The position numbers and the translations under genes were made by a program. 64,000 nt of DNA from Candidatus Hydrogenedentota bacterium (GTDB lineage: Bacteria; Hydrogenedentota; Hydrogenedentia; Hydrogenedentales; SLHB01): positions 160,001 through 224,000 of the forward strand of contig CAVUWV010000015.1 in NCBI GenBank assembly GCA_963745075.1, read 5' to 3'. A model generated the notes under the pieces. It was given only the letters and a program-made list of their open reading frames with translations, did not search any database and was not told where the DNA came from. Shown piece by piece: positions 12,076 through 21,212 of this stretch; positions within the stretch are counted from its first letter, which is position 1; every line of letters starts with the position of its first letter.

Positions 12076-12582
12076 CTAACGCGTGTCAAACTCGTATCGG
12101 ACCACATGATACGGTCCCGCCTGAAATTCGCTGTGCCGGACAAACCCGTTGCGTTCGTACACCGCGCAAAGCTTGGGCCTCGGCACGCAGTCCAGCCGCA
12201 GGAATTGCAAACCCAGTTCTCGCGTGTGAGCTTTAGCCCAATCGAGCATGGCCTTCGATAGTCCCGTGCCGGATGCGCACCGCCGCACGGCCAGCCGATG
12301 GATAAACGCGGATTCACCTTCTGGAACATCGGGCCAGAACATGTCGTCGCGCAGTTGAAAACGCAACGTACCGACCGGCTCCAAACCTTTCCACCCAAGA
12401 CAGTAAAGACCGGCCGCTATGTCGTCGGCGATGGAGTCCGGCGTCAGGTCCTCCAATTGCTACAGCGGTTGACCGATGGATTCCAGCCAACCAGCGGCCT
12501 CGGTCAGAATGGACGAGACATGCCCGGTATCCGAAGACGCGGCTCGCCGAATCTGAACTTCACTCGCATGCAGTTCCGTCAA
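12076..12582 (-). pseudogene. GNAT N-acetyltransferase with in-frame TAG at codon 41
   Basis: GGAGG plus TTG start at 12582; IRRAASSD..EAAGWLESIGQPL-TAG(12460-12462)-QLEDL continues in frame to FIHRLAVRRCASGTG, LRLDC, YERNGF. Confidence 0.8.
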
Positions 12583-12620
12583 TGTTCTTCCTCCCGCGCA
12601 AGAGGTTAATCGCTGGCCGT

Positions 12621-14357
12621 TTACTCTCCGGGTTCCGGTAACGAAAAAGTCAGACCGGACAGGGGGAATCCATCGGCGTCCCCTATCCGGAAGTTCAGAC
12701 CCCAACTGCCATGGGCGTTCACGCTGGTGATGGTCAGGCGGTGCGTCCCGTTGGTGATCGAAATCGGCGCGTGGTATTCAAACAAATACCGATCCCGGTA
12801 CAGAATGCCATGGCCCTTCTCCGGATAGCTGAGGTGATCCAATACCACGTCATCGTCCAGGCGTACGCTGCCGCCGTCATCGAAGTTGGCCCAGATGAAT
12901 CCGTCCACATCGTGGTCGGCCGTGACCGTAGTTACGAGATAGACCGAGCAATCGTCCGTACGCCGGTAGTCGAATGCCGTACGCAACTGGACAGCCCCCG
13001 TGGGTTCGTAATTATGAAACGGAAACCAGTGGACGACTCCGTCGCGCCCTTGAATGGACTGCCAGGGGTCCACGGGAGCCGTCGCCGCTTCGGGCGCGGC
13101 AAATGCCGGGGACACAAAGGGATTGCTCAGGTAACCCAGGACCATCCAGTCCCCGGGGATTCCAAATCGTGCGCACAGACCGGCGGCGTCCAATTCGCCT
13201 GCGTCGAATGCGGCAATGGCCCCTATGAGATCCTTGATCCGCGCGTCTTCGATCGCCTCCTTTGATTTCAAGATATGATGCCAACCCGTGATCGCTGCAT
13301 CGGCGTTTTCGAAATTGGGGACAGGCAGCCCGTACTGCTGCCGCAACTCCGCGGAGGCAGGCAACCACACAGGCGTACCCGTAAACGACCAGATATAGCG
13401 ATTGGCCACAGCCCGCAGCGTTGCCATCTGCTGGTTCAGTTCCGCCAGTTCCTCTACCCATGGACGAACGGGGTAGTTCGCGCCACCCGTCTCGACCATG
13501 TGCAGCGGCCACACACCCGGCGCCACCGTGCACCGGCGTCTCCAGTAGTCGAGTGCATCGCCGGTCAACATCGCTTCGGCAGCACAATCGCCGACGCGCG
13601 CGATGGCCACCTGGGAAGCTGGATCGAGCAGACAATAGGAACGTTCGTATCCCAGATGCATACCGCCTGTTGCATCGCGCGCCGCCATAACGTCGAACAG
13701 ACCCATGGTATAGGCTTCTTCGATGGGTCGGCCGCGCAATTCCCCGGGAAGTAGAAACACGACCGCGTCCGGAAACGCGTCCAGCAATGCTTCCATGCAG
13801 ACGCGGCCCTGTTTGGCGGCCGCCGACAACAGATCATCGGCGGTGTACCCGTCGTAGGTGTAGAGGGGATGGTCGAGGGCGTACCGCTTGTACGGATACT
13901 CGACATCGATGCTGACGCCCCGAAAACCCAATTCCTTCGCAGCCTCGCCAATCGCGCCAAAGTGTTGCGCCAACTTCGCCGTGAACTCCGGGTCGAGAAG
14001 CGTCTCCGGCGAAGGCCACGGTTCCTCCTGACCGAAACAGAATGCCAACAGGCTTTCCGTCGCCCCTGCTTCGCGCAAATGCGCAACGTTTGCTTTAACC
14101 TGTTCCCGCCACGATGCGTCCTCGACCGCGCGATCGGGTAACCCCAAGCACCTCACGACACCCGAGTCCCACGATCCGATATTGAAAAACAGACCGTCGT
14201 ATAGCTCGGCCACCTCGGCCGCGTGATCGTCGAAATACGCAGTTGGGCCCGCCGAATAGGCCAACATCTTGGGCGGCCCGTCGCCGATCGCAACGCATAC
14301 GGCCGTCATCAAGAGCCCCATAAACAAGACTGAAACTGGTTTCCTGGAAACTGCCAC
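12621..14357 (-). CDS. Secreted hypothetical protein (possible TIM-barrel glycoside-hydrolase-like domain plus C-terminal beta-sandwich)
   Basis: Long ORF; signal-peptide-like N-terminus from GTG 14357 behind GAGGGGGAG; GFRGVSIDVEYP resembles a GH barrel strand; C-terminal DDGGSVRLDD PA14-like; function unproven. Confidence 0.6.
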   Translation of the reverse strand: MAVSRKPVSVLFMGLLMTAVCVAIGDGPPKMLAYSAGPTAYFDDHAAEVAELYDGLFFNIGSWDSGVVRCLGLPDRAVEDASWREQVKANVAHLREAGATESLLAFCFGQEEPWPSPETLLDPEFTAKLAQHFGAIGEAAKELGFRGVSIDVEYPYKRYALDHPLYTYDGYTADDLLSAAAKQGRVCMEALLDAFPDAVVFLLPGELRGRPIEEAYTMGLFDVMAARDATGGMHLGYERSYCLLDPASQVAIARVGDCAAEAMLTGDALDYWRRRCTVAPGVWPLHMVETGGANYPVRPWVEELAELNQQMATLRAVANRYIWSFTGTPVWLPASAELRQQYGLPVPNFENADAAITGWHHILKSKEAIEDARIKDLIGAIAAFDAGELDAAGLCARFGIPGDWMVLGYLSNPFVSPAFAAPEAATAPVDPWQSIQGRDGVVHWFPFHNYEPTGAVQLRTAFDYRRTDDCSVYLVTTVTADHDVDGFIWANFDDGGSVRLDDDVVLDHLSYPEKGHGILYRDRYLFEYHAPISITNGTHRLTITSVNAHGSWGLNFRIGDADGFPLSGLTFSLPEPGE

Positions 14358-14429
14358 TACGTTCTCCCCCTCATCACTGATGCAACCGAAAAGGTCCGCA
14401 CAACACACTAGCAGCAAGACAGCCATGGG

Positions 14430-15932
14430 TCACAAAGCAGATTCTACCGTTTCCCGCAATCCTTCCATGAATCGCTCCGCCGCCTCTTGGGGCGTCATTC
14501 GCTGGTAGACGACTTCCTCAATATACCCTTTGCCCTCCTTTTCGAGCCATTGGTCGATGGCGGTGCGGAGGATGGCGTATTGGGCGGTGTAGGGGTCCTT
14601 GGGCGAGAGGGGTTCTTCGACGACAGGGATATCGCTTTCCATGACTTCGGTGTAGAACCGGACCCAGGGGTCGTCCATGCGAACGAGTTCGGGGAAGAGA
14701 CGCGCGAAGGCATCGGTGTCCGGCGGGAGGTGGCGGAAGCGGCGGAGCTGGGAGCGCGCGAGGTGGGCCGGGTCGGCCAGGAACTTTGCGACGCGGAGGG
14801 CGTTCTCCGTGTGGGCGTCGCCTTTGTAGGGGGTCTGTTTGAGCACGGAGAACCCCATGACGCCCGCGCGCGGAGCAGGCCACATGCCGGAATCGTGGGT
14901 GGGCATCCAGATGACGCAGAGGTTCGGGGGCTCGCCGCTGACGACGCCCGCGGTGAAGTCGGCGTCCCACACGTCGCGCCAAAGCTTGGCCGACCACGGG
15001 GTCTCGCCGAAGGTCATGCCGAGGCGGCGGTGTACGTAGACCTCGTCGTTGATGTCGTTCCAGTTCATGCCGAAGGTCGCGGGGTTCCAGGTCTTGTCGA
15101 CATTCACGAGTTCATCGAACAAGGTCAGCACCTGTTCGACTGCATCCTCGGTCAGGCCGGGATGTAGTCCCCACTCCTTCGTGTCAGGATCCTGGTAGAG
15201 GAAATGGCGCAACGACACCTCCCTTCCCCAAATCCCAGGTCCAAACTCGTCAATAAAGAGATGCTGCAAATGGACGAGTGCCGCGCCGAACCCCCACGTG
15301 TCGTTTGTGCCGTCGCCATCGGTGTCGCGGGTCATGGCCTTGCACGCGGCACGAAACTGATCGATGGTCCAGCCATGCTCGCGAATCGCCCCGTCGTTGA
15401 AACCGGCGCCTGTCAACGCGGTGCGGTTGGCAAGCAACACGCCGCCGTAGGCATAGCGGTAGATGGGAAACACCGTCGGCCGGCCGTCGCGAACGATCGC
15501 GCGTCGCACCAGTGGTCCCATGCCGTCGAGTACCGAGTCGGGAAAGTACTTCTCCGGGATCGGCACGGAGAGGTCCGTGGCTTTGCCGGTGTACTGCAGG
15601 CTTTCAAGGGTTGCACGGCCGCCCATGCAGACGTCCGGCGGCTGGCCTGTCACAATGGCAACGCGCAGCTTGCTTTCGTATCCTGCATGACTCATCACCG
15701 CCATCTTGATCTTCACGCGTGGATTGGTTGCGTTCCACAAGTCGGCGAGCTGGTAGTAGTAGGCCTCGTCCGGCGAGCCGATGAGTTCGTTGATCCAGAC
15801 CGTGACGGTGTCGGTGCCGGTTGCCACATCGTCGCCGCCAACAGCGTGCTTCGGCGACTCGAGTACGGTCCAGAACCAGAGCCAGCTCAAGGCGAGGGCG
15901 ATAACCAAAATCACAATGAGAACCTGTTTCAC
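14430..15932 (-). CDS. Carbohydrate ABC transporter substrate-binding protein
   Basis: N-terminal membrane anchor, WNATNPRVKIK, GQPPDV, WTIDQFRAACKAMTRDTDGDGTNDTWGF; downstream of two sugar permeases; start GTG 15932 inferred. Confidence 0.82.
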   Translation of the reverse strand: MKQVLIVILVIALALSWLWFWTVLESPKHAVGGDDVATGTDTVTVWINELIGSPDEAYYYQLADLWNATNPRVKIKMAVMSHAGYESKLRVAIVTGQPPDVCMGGRATLESLQYTGKATDLSVPIPEKYFPDSVLDGMGPLVRRAIVRDGRPTVFPIYRYAYGGVLLANRTALTGAGFNDGAIREHGWTIDQFRAACKAMTRDTDGDGTNDTWGFGAALVHLQHLFIDEFGPGIWGREVSLRHFLYQDPDTKEWGLHPGLTEDAVEQVLTLFDELVNVDKTWNPATFGMNWNDINDEVYVHRRLGMTFGETPWSAKLWRDVWDADFTAGVVSGEPPNLCVIWMPTHDSGMWPAPRAGVMGFSVLKQTPYKGDAHTENALRVAKFLADPAHLARSQLRRFRHLPPDTDAFARLFPELVRMDDPWVRFYTEVMESDIPVVEEPLSPKDPYTAQYAILRTAIDQWLEKEGKGYIEEVVYQRMTPQEAAERFMEGLRETVESAL

Positions 15933-16043
15933 CAACGAATTATAACCTTTCGCGTAATCGTCCTGCAGAAATGACTGCACCGGGATTCTCCGTATATGCT
16001 CCCGGGTCAACCGCCCCGAAGGGGCCAAAATATGTCAGCCCAG

Positions 16044-17730
16044 CGCGGCATAGCCGCAACCAAAAGTGAGGAGATGAATGGCGTTTCCCCTTTGCAGATA
16101 CAATAGGTATCCGCAGTGGTCTAACACGAGAAGGAGAAACGCCATGCTTGAGTTTATGCAGAAGTACCGGGATAAAGCCAGTTCGATTCTGAGCGGTTTT
16201 GATCGAATCGTCTTTCGAGGGCTTTTGCGGTCTATAGTCCATCCAGACGGCATGAAAAGGCACTTGTCGCGGTGTGACGTTCCCCGCCGCAACTTCGGAG
16301 CCCATGTGGAGGAGACGACCAAGAAACTGAAAAAGGCCTCGTTGGCTCAGGCTGAACATCTGGATAGACCGGTCATCTACGTGCAATCGAGTCAAACCCG
16401 TAAGGAGACTATCGCCAGACAGGTACTCGCGGAGAATCCCGTCGATTCCGGTTTGCTGTGCGTGCTTTCTTGTGTGGAGCCCTGCATGACCTACGAGATG
16501 TATCGCAATCGGGAGGCCAAGAAACTGGAACTCGTCTATCGTCTGCGTAAGTGTCTCCACTTGTATCATTACTACGTCGATCCTCTGTTCGGCTTCATGC
16601 ATGCCCGCATCCAAACCTGGTATCCCTTTCACGTCCAAGTCTGTGTGAATGGACGGGAATGGCTGGCTCGGCGAATGGATGCCGAAGGTTGCAAATACAT
16701 CCGCTACGAGAACAGTTTCCCGCATCTAGAGGACCCGGAGCGCGCCCAGCAATTGCTCGATGAACTGGTCCGTCTCAACTGGACCGAAACCCTTCACGAA
16801 ATCGCCGCGCGGTTGAATCCTGCGCATCAAGAGATCCTCGGTCCCTATGCCCGCTACTACTGGACCGCTCACCAAACCGAATGGGCCACGGACATCACGT
16901 TTACCTCGGCCCAAGACCTCCAAGATATCTATCCTCAACTTGTCTGGGGCGCCATCACCACCTTTTCCACACGGCATGTCATGCGCTTTTTGGGCAAACA
17001 ATTCCAACGCCACTTTGCCGGCGAAGTCCAGAGCCATTATCACGACCGTCTCGACGGCCTCTCCGTCAAACATGCCGTCAACAACAATTCCGTCAAGATG
17101 TATGACAAAGGGGCCCAAATCCTTCGCATCGAAACCACCATCAACAACCCCCACGACATCCCGGTCTACCGGCCCAAGGAAGGCGGTGACCCCAAAGACT
17201 TGGCTCACCGTTCCATGCGCAAAGGCGTAGCCGATCTCGAACGGCGCACGCAGGTCTCTCAACGCGCCAACGAACGCTACCTCGAAGCCCTGACACCATT
17301 CGATACCTCCACTCCCTTGGCACAACTCCTCGCCCCCGTCACCAAAAGGGTCACCAAAAAAGGAACGACCTATCGCGGCCTGCGGCCTTGGGCACACCAA
17401 GACCTCGAACTTCTGCAAACCATCAACAAACCCGAGTTTCTCATCGCAGGCTTCCGCAACAAGGACCTGTCCGCCATCCTTTATCCCAAGGATCAGGGCG
17501 ACCTCCGTGCCCGACGCGCCGCCTCCGGTCGCGTCTCCTATCGCCTACGGCTTCTCCGAGCCCACGGTCTTATTGCCAAAACATCACGCACCCGTCGCTA
17601 CCAAATCACCACCAAAGGAACTCAACTATGCGCAGCCATACTCATGGCCCAACACGCAACTATCCAACAACTTACCCCCAAGGCCGCTTAGACAAATGCG
17701 AAAGTTTTTTACGATGTTTGCGGTTAGGGA
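16044..17730 (+). mobile_element. Putative insertion element with Rep_trans-like transposase, inserted in a REP at CCCAG
   Basis: CCCAG on both sides (16039-16043, 17731-17735); excision restores a REP matching the intact neighbour; terminal hairpin GCGGCATAGCCGC; 8/9 subterminal IR TAGCCGCAA/TTGCGGTTA; single ORF opposite to the host operon. Confidence 0.85.
16144..17691 (+). CDS. Putative transposase (515 aa) with Rep_trans-like motifs and C-terminal winged helix
   Basis: AAGGAG RBS before ATG 16144; QTEWATD (244-250), KMYDK (Y320), LRIE (R328/E330); C-terminal RLRLLRAHGLIAKTSRTRRYQITTKG; fills the delimited element. Confidence 0.7.
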   Translation: MLEFMQKYRDKASSILSGFDRIVFRGLLRSIVHPDGMKRHLSRCDVPRRNFGAHVEETTKKLKKASLAQAEHLDRPVIYVQSSQTRKETIARQVLAENPVDSGLLCVLSCVEPCMTYEMYRNREAKKLELVYRLRKCLHLYHYYVDPLFGFMHARIQTWYPFHVQVCVNGREWLARRMDAEGCKYIRYENSFPHLEDPERAQQLLDELVRLNWTETLHEIAARLNPAHQEILGPYARYYWTAHQTEWATDITFTSAQDLQDIYPQLVWGAITTFSTRHVMRFLGKQFQRHFAGEVQSHYHDRLDGLSVKHAVNNNSVKMYDKGAQILRIETTINNPHDIPVYRPKEGGDPKDLAHRSMRKGVADLERRTQVSQRANERYLEALTPFDTSTPLAQLLAPVTKRVTKKGTTYRGLRPWAHQDLELLQTINKPEFLIAGFRNKDLSAILYPKDQGDLRARRAASGRVSYRLRLLRAHGLIAKTSRTRRYQITTKGTQLCAAILMAQHATIQQLTPKAA

Positions 17731-17990
17731 CCCAGGGCAACGCCCTGGGACTTTGCATGTCTCTTTGCGGAAAGCCCTGAAAGGGCGTGACAGAAATTCT
17801 GTCGTCTTGTCACGCCCTTTCAGGGCTTGTATTCCATTGCCATCCATGATCCCAGGGCGTAGCCCTGGGCTGTCATGTTGCGGCCCTTCGGGCCAAAATA
17901 GCGCTAAGAACGGCCTTCGCATCGCGTGGCTTACGTCGTGGCCCAGGCGCATGGCATCGACTGCCGCTGACACGTTCGCCTTCATTTCAG

Positions 17991-18857
17991 CTATCCCTTC
18001 ACGGCGCCGATCGTGAGGCCTTGGATAAAGAAGCGTTGTAGGGCTATGAATAGCACGATGATCGGAACGCTTGCCAGCACGGCTCCGGCCATGATGACGC
18101 CGTAATCCATTTCCCAGACAAATCCCTGGTCTACCCCGATGAGCGAAATGAGACCTACTTGCACCGTCATCATATCCTTGGAATTCGTAACGAGGTACGG
18201 CCAGAAATAGTCGTTCCACGCGGCGACGAAGTCGAGCAAAAACATGACCGCGAGCACGGGACGCGCCATGGGCATGACGATACGCCAGAAGATCGTCCAT
18301 TCGGAAGCGCCGTCCACGCGCGCGGCTTGCATGAGATCTTTCGGCAGTGTCGTCATGAATTGTTTGAAGAGGAACACGCTGCCCAGCCCGGCCATACGCG
18401 GAACCATCAACGCGAAAAAGGTGTCGAACCAGCCAAAGGAGAACATCATCTGGTAGAGTGGAATCAGCGTAACAAAGGCGGGCACGGCCATGACGGCGAT
18501 GATCAGCCAGAAGATGAGCAGCCGTCCCGGGAAATCGATCTTCGCCAAGGCGTAGCCCGCCATCGCGCTGAGGATCACGTTAACGCACGTGGGGAAAAGC
18601 GCTACCAGCGCGCTGTTTCGTAGCCACGTCCACGCCGCGTTGTGGGTGAGGTCGAAGAACCCCGCGAAATTGTCCCAGGCCCAATCGCGCGGGATCCAAT
18701 CCAGGTCGGAAAGATCGAACTTGGTCCCCAAATGCGTAAGGCTGCTGGAAATCATCAGGTATAGCGAGGCCAGCGACAACGCAGTAAAGAAGAGTAGAAT
18801 GGCGAACGCGATGATTTGCCCCGCCCACGAAACTCGATCTCCCCTGTACGCAGTCAT
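17991..18857 (-). CDS. Carbohydrate ABC transporter permease (MalG-like)
   Basis: AMAGYALAKIDFPGR, EAA-like LMQAARVDGASEW, WNDYFWP, QRFFIQGLTIGAVKG. Confidence 0.93.
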   Translation of the reverse strand: MTAYRGDRVSWAGQIIAFAILLFFTALSLASLYLMISSSLTHLGTKFDLSDLDWIPRDWAWDNFAGFFDLTHNAAWTWLRNSALVALFPTCVNVILSAMAGYALAKIDFPGRLLIFWLIIAVMAVPAFVTLIPLYQMMFSFGWFDTFFALMVPRMAGLGSVFLFKQFMTTLPKDLMQAARVDGASEWTIFWRIVMPMARPVLAVMFLLDFVAAWNDYFWPYLVTNSKDMMTVQVGLISLIGVDQGFVWEMDYGVIMAGAVLASVPIIVLFIALQRFFIQGLTIGAVKG

Positions 18858-18902
18858 GGTTCAGCACATTCCAGGGGAAAATCGGGTCGAAACCAGCGGC
18901 AT

Positions 18903-19063
18903 AACATCCCCCTTGGTCCCCCTTCAAAGGGGGAGTGGGCGCAGTGACGTTTATCGATGTTTGTGCCGTGACGTGCTTCGAATTGAGTGCTATATGGCAA
19001 CGCCTTACGCAACGCAGAGCGTTGCGGCAAACTCCCCCTTTGAAGGGGGATCAAGGGGGATGT
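18903..19063. repeat. REPIN/MITE-like element, copy 1 (ACATCCCCCTTGRTCCCCCTTCAAAGGGGGA inverted ends)
   Basis: ~30 bp terminal IRs with ~95 bp interior; intergenic between permeases. Confidence 0.9.
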
Positions 19064-19105
19064 GAATTGTGGCGCGTTCCTAACCCATATCGCGCTGCGT
19101 TTCAT

Positions 19106-20092
19106 TCAGTACTCCACGTCCGTGGCGAGCCACCGGTAGTTCGCGATAGAAACCGTAACTATCACCAACATCAACATAATCGCCATGGCGGAGGCCATGC
19201 CAAAATCGTTTTGATAGTAGAAGGTGCGGTAGACGTGGTAATTCACAAAGTACGTGGTCTTCAACGGTCCGCCTCCGGTGATGAGCAGGGCCGGAGCGAA
19301 GACCTGGAACCCCATGATAAGACCGGTCACGGTGACGAAGATGGTCGTGGGTTTCACCAGCGGCCAAGTGACCGCCGTGAACGTGCGCCAGGAGGATGCC
19401 CCGTCGATCAACGCGACTTCGTAAAAGGTCTTCGGAATGTTGCCGATCGCCGCCGCGTAGACGATGACGCCGACCCCGTTGGCGGACAGCCATGCCATGA
19501 CGATCAAGACCGGCATGGCCAGCGCGGGATCCCCGAACCAGTTCTGCGGCGGGAGGCCGGCGGACTCCAGCGCCGCGTTGGCAAACCCGTCGCCGGAGTG
19601 AAAGATCCACTTCATAATGGCAGCGCCGACGACCGGGCTAATCACTCCGGGCAGGTATAGTGCCGCCTTGAAGAAGGTTTGCAGCGGTTTCGGCTGTTTC
19701 AGGATCTGGATCGCCAGGAACATGCTGACCAAAATGCTGACCGGGAGTGTGGCCGCGACGAATATGAACGTTACCCAGAGGGTGTGCCACCAGAACGGGT
19801 CGGTGAGAATGCGCTGATAGTTTGCCAGGCCGACCCAGTCGGTCGACGTGGCGCTGGTCAGGCTGAAGTTGGTGAAACTCTGGGACGCGGCCTTGGCCAA
19901 CGGGTAAAACATAAATAGCGTCGACCACGCGAGCGCCGCGGCCAGGAAGATATACGCCCAGATCCACTGTTGATGTTGCACCCGCAACCGGCGCCGACGG
20001 TGCCGTCGGAGGTCCACCGCCACGAGCAACGTGCACGGCACCACCGCCCAGAATGCGATCAGCGCGACGAGATACCAGAGCGGATAGACCAA
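19106..20092 (-). CDS. Sugar ABC transporter permease (MalF-like)
   Basis: WVGLANYQRILTDPFWW, ALYLPGVIS, FYEVALIDGASSWRTF, FGMASAMA. Confidence 0.92.
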   Translation of the reverse strand: MVYPLWYLVALIAFWAVVPCTLLVAVDLRRHRRRRLRVQHQQWIWAYIFLAAALAWSTLFMFYPLAKAASQSFTNFSLTSATSTDWVGLANYQRILTDPFWWHTLWVTFIFVAATLPVSILVSMFLAIQILKQPKPLQTFFKAALYLPGVISPVVGAAIMKWIFHSGDGFANAALESAGLPPQNWFGDPALAMPVLIVMAWLSANGVGVIVYAAAIGNIPKTFYEVALIDGASSWRTFTAVTWPLVKPTTIFVTVTGLIMGFQVFAPALLITGGGPLKTTYFVNYHVYRTFYYQNDFGMASAMAIMLMLVIVTVSIANYRWLATDVEY

Positions 20093-20128
20093 ATTTCATC
20101 CCCTGTATGTCGGGCGATACGAAATGTA

Positions 20129-21163
20129 TTAGTCGAGTCGTGGCACCAACACGGCCGCATCATCCGGCGGCCGCGTCAGAAAGGCACGGCGCCGTTCCGC
20201 CGAGACTTTCAATGCGCCGGCGAGCCTGCAGTGACACCACGATAGTATCGTTTGCCCGACCAGCGCATGACGTTCCCCGGCATCGAGCGGTTCGACCCGA
20301 CGTTCGTATGAATTCAGAAATGCTCGAACCAGCGTCTCCTGCAGCGTCAACGGTTGGGTCAACGACCAGATGTCGCTCCCATCGATAATCGACTCGTGTG
20401 TCGAACAACAGAAAAGCAAAGCGAAGGCCAGATCGTAAATCCGCGGCCGCCACGCGCACCAGTCCAGATCCACGAACGCCACGACCGTCCCATCCTTCAT
20501 GAGGATGTTCGCGGGTTGTATGTCTCCGTGAACGAGGGTATGGGGCAGGGCCGCGAACCGGGGCGTGGGCAGTTCTTCGGTACCCTCGACCACCCAGCGG
20601 CGGTAGTTGCGGAGAACGGTCGTGCATCCCACGGATTCACGGTCGATGCGAGTGGCGATATCCAGCAGTTCCAGGGGATCGGTTTCTCCGCGCGGACCCA
20701 ACTTGTCGCAACGGTCCGGCAAGTCCACACCGGCCGCGTGAAACTTCCCCAACGCATCGCCGACCGCTGCGGCGTGGGCCGCATTGCCTTCGGCCGGGTG
20801 CGTACCGCCTTGAAAAGGGTACACCTCCCAGGCGCGACCGCCGTCCATCAGCCAGGTGGCGCCGTCCTGCGTCTCGTGAGGCAACAACACGGGCGCCTTC
20901 CGCTCGGCCAGAAAGCGAATGGTCCTGTGATCGAACGCAATACGGTCCGGTTCCGAATATCCGGAATACCGCCGCCGGACGAACCACGTCGCGGTCTCGG
21001 TTTCCAGCCGGTAATTGTTGTTTCGCGTCCCGCCGAGAACGGAATTGGACACGATCGGCGCAAGCCCGTACGCGGGAACCAGGTGCTTTAGCAGAAACGA
21101 ATCCATTACGAGCGAGTGTACGCGAATCCGGTCGGGATCTGCTACCTTCGTTTGCTCCGGCAT
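20129..21163 (-). CDS. APH / homoserine kinase type II family phosphotransferase
   Basis: GGTRNNNY, LGKFH, Brenner motif HGDIQPANIL, VDLD, RIYDLA. Confidence 0.85.
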   Translation of the reverse strand: MPEQTKVADPDRIRVHSLVMDSFLLKHLVPAYGLAPIVSNSVLGGTRNNNYRLETETATWFVRRRYSGYSEPDRIAFDHRTIRFLAERKAPVLLPHETQDGATWLMDGGRAWEVYPFQGGTHPAEGNAAHAAAVGDALGKFHAAGVDLPDRCDKLGPRGETDPLELLDIATRIDRESVGCTTVLRNYRRWVVEGTEELPTPRFAALPHTLVHGDIQPANILMKDGTVVAFVDLDWCAWRPRIYDLAFALLFCCSTHESIIDGSDIWSLTQPLTLQETLVRAFLNSYERRVEPLDAGERHALVGQTILSWCHCRLAGALKVSAERRRAFLTRPPDDAAVLVPRLD

Positions 21164-21212
21164 GGGCGAGTGGGATACCTTGGACGGCCTTGGACGGAGC
21201 ATTGGGGCGACG

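Larger units (their letters stand above)
16013..17894. repeat. REP/BIME-like palindrome cluster (GCCCCGAAGGGGC, CCCAGGGCNACGCCCTGGG and GCCCTGAAAGGGC units), interrupted by a mobile element
   Basis: Split unit 16013-16043 + 17736-17749; perfect 21 bp IR 17772-17792/17808-17828; intact inverted unit 17851-17894. Confidence 0.85.

Noticed and set aside
12460..12462. Pyrrolysine or recoded TAG
   Set aside because: TAG is used as a normal stop elsewhere (e.g. 10274, 28901, 29826), there are no pyl genes in the window, and TGG>TAG is a one-step change
16144..17691. MarR-family transcriptional regulator
   Set aside because: Only the last ~70 aa are winged-helix-like; the ORF fills a discrete insertion with defined ends
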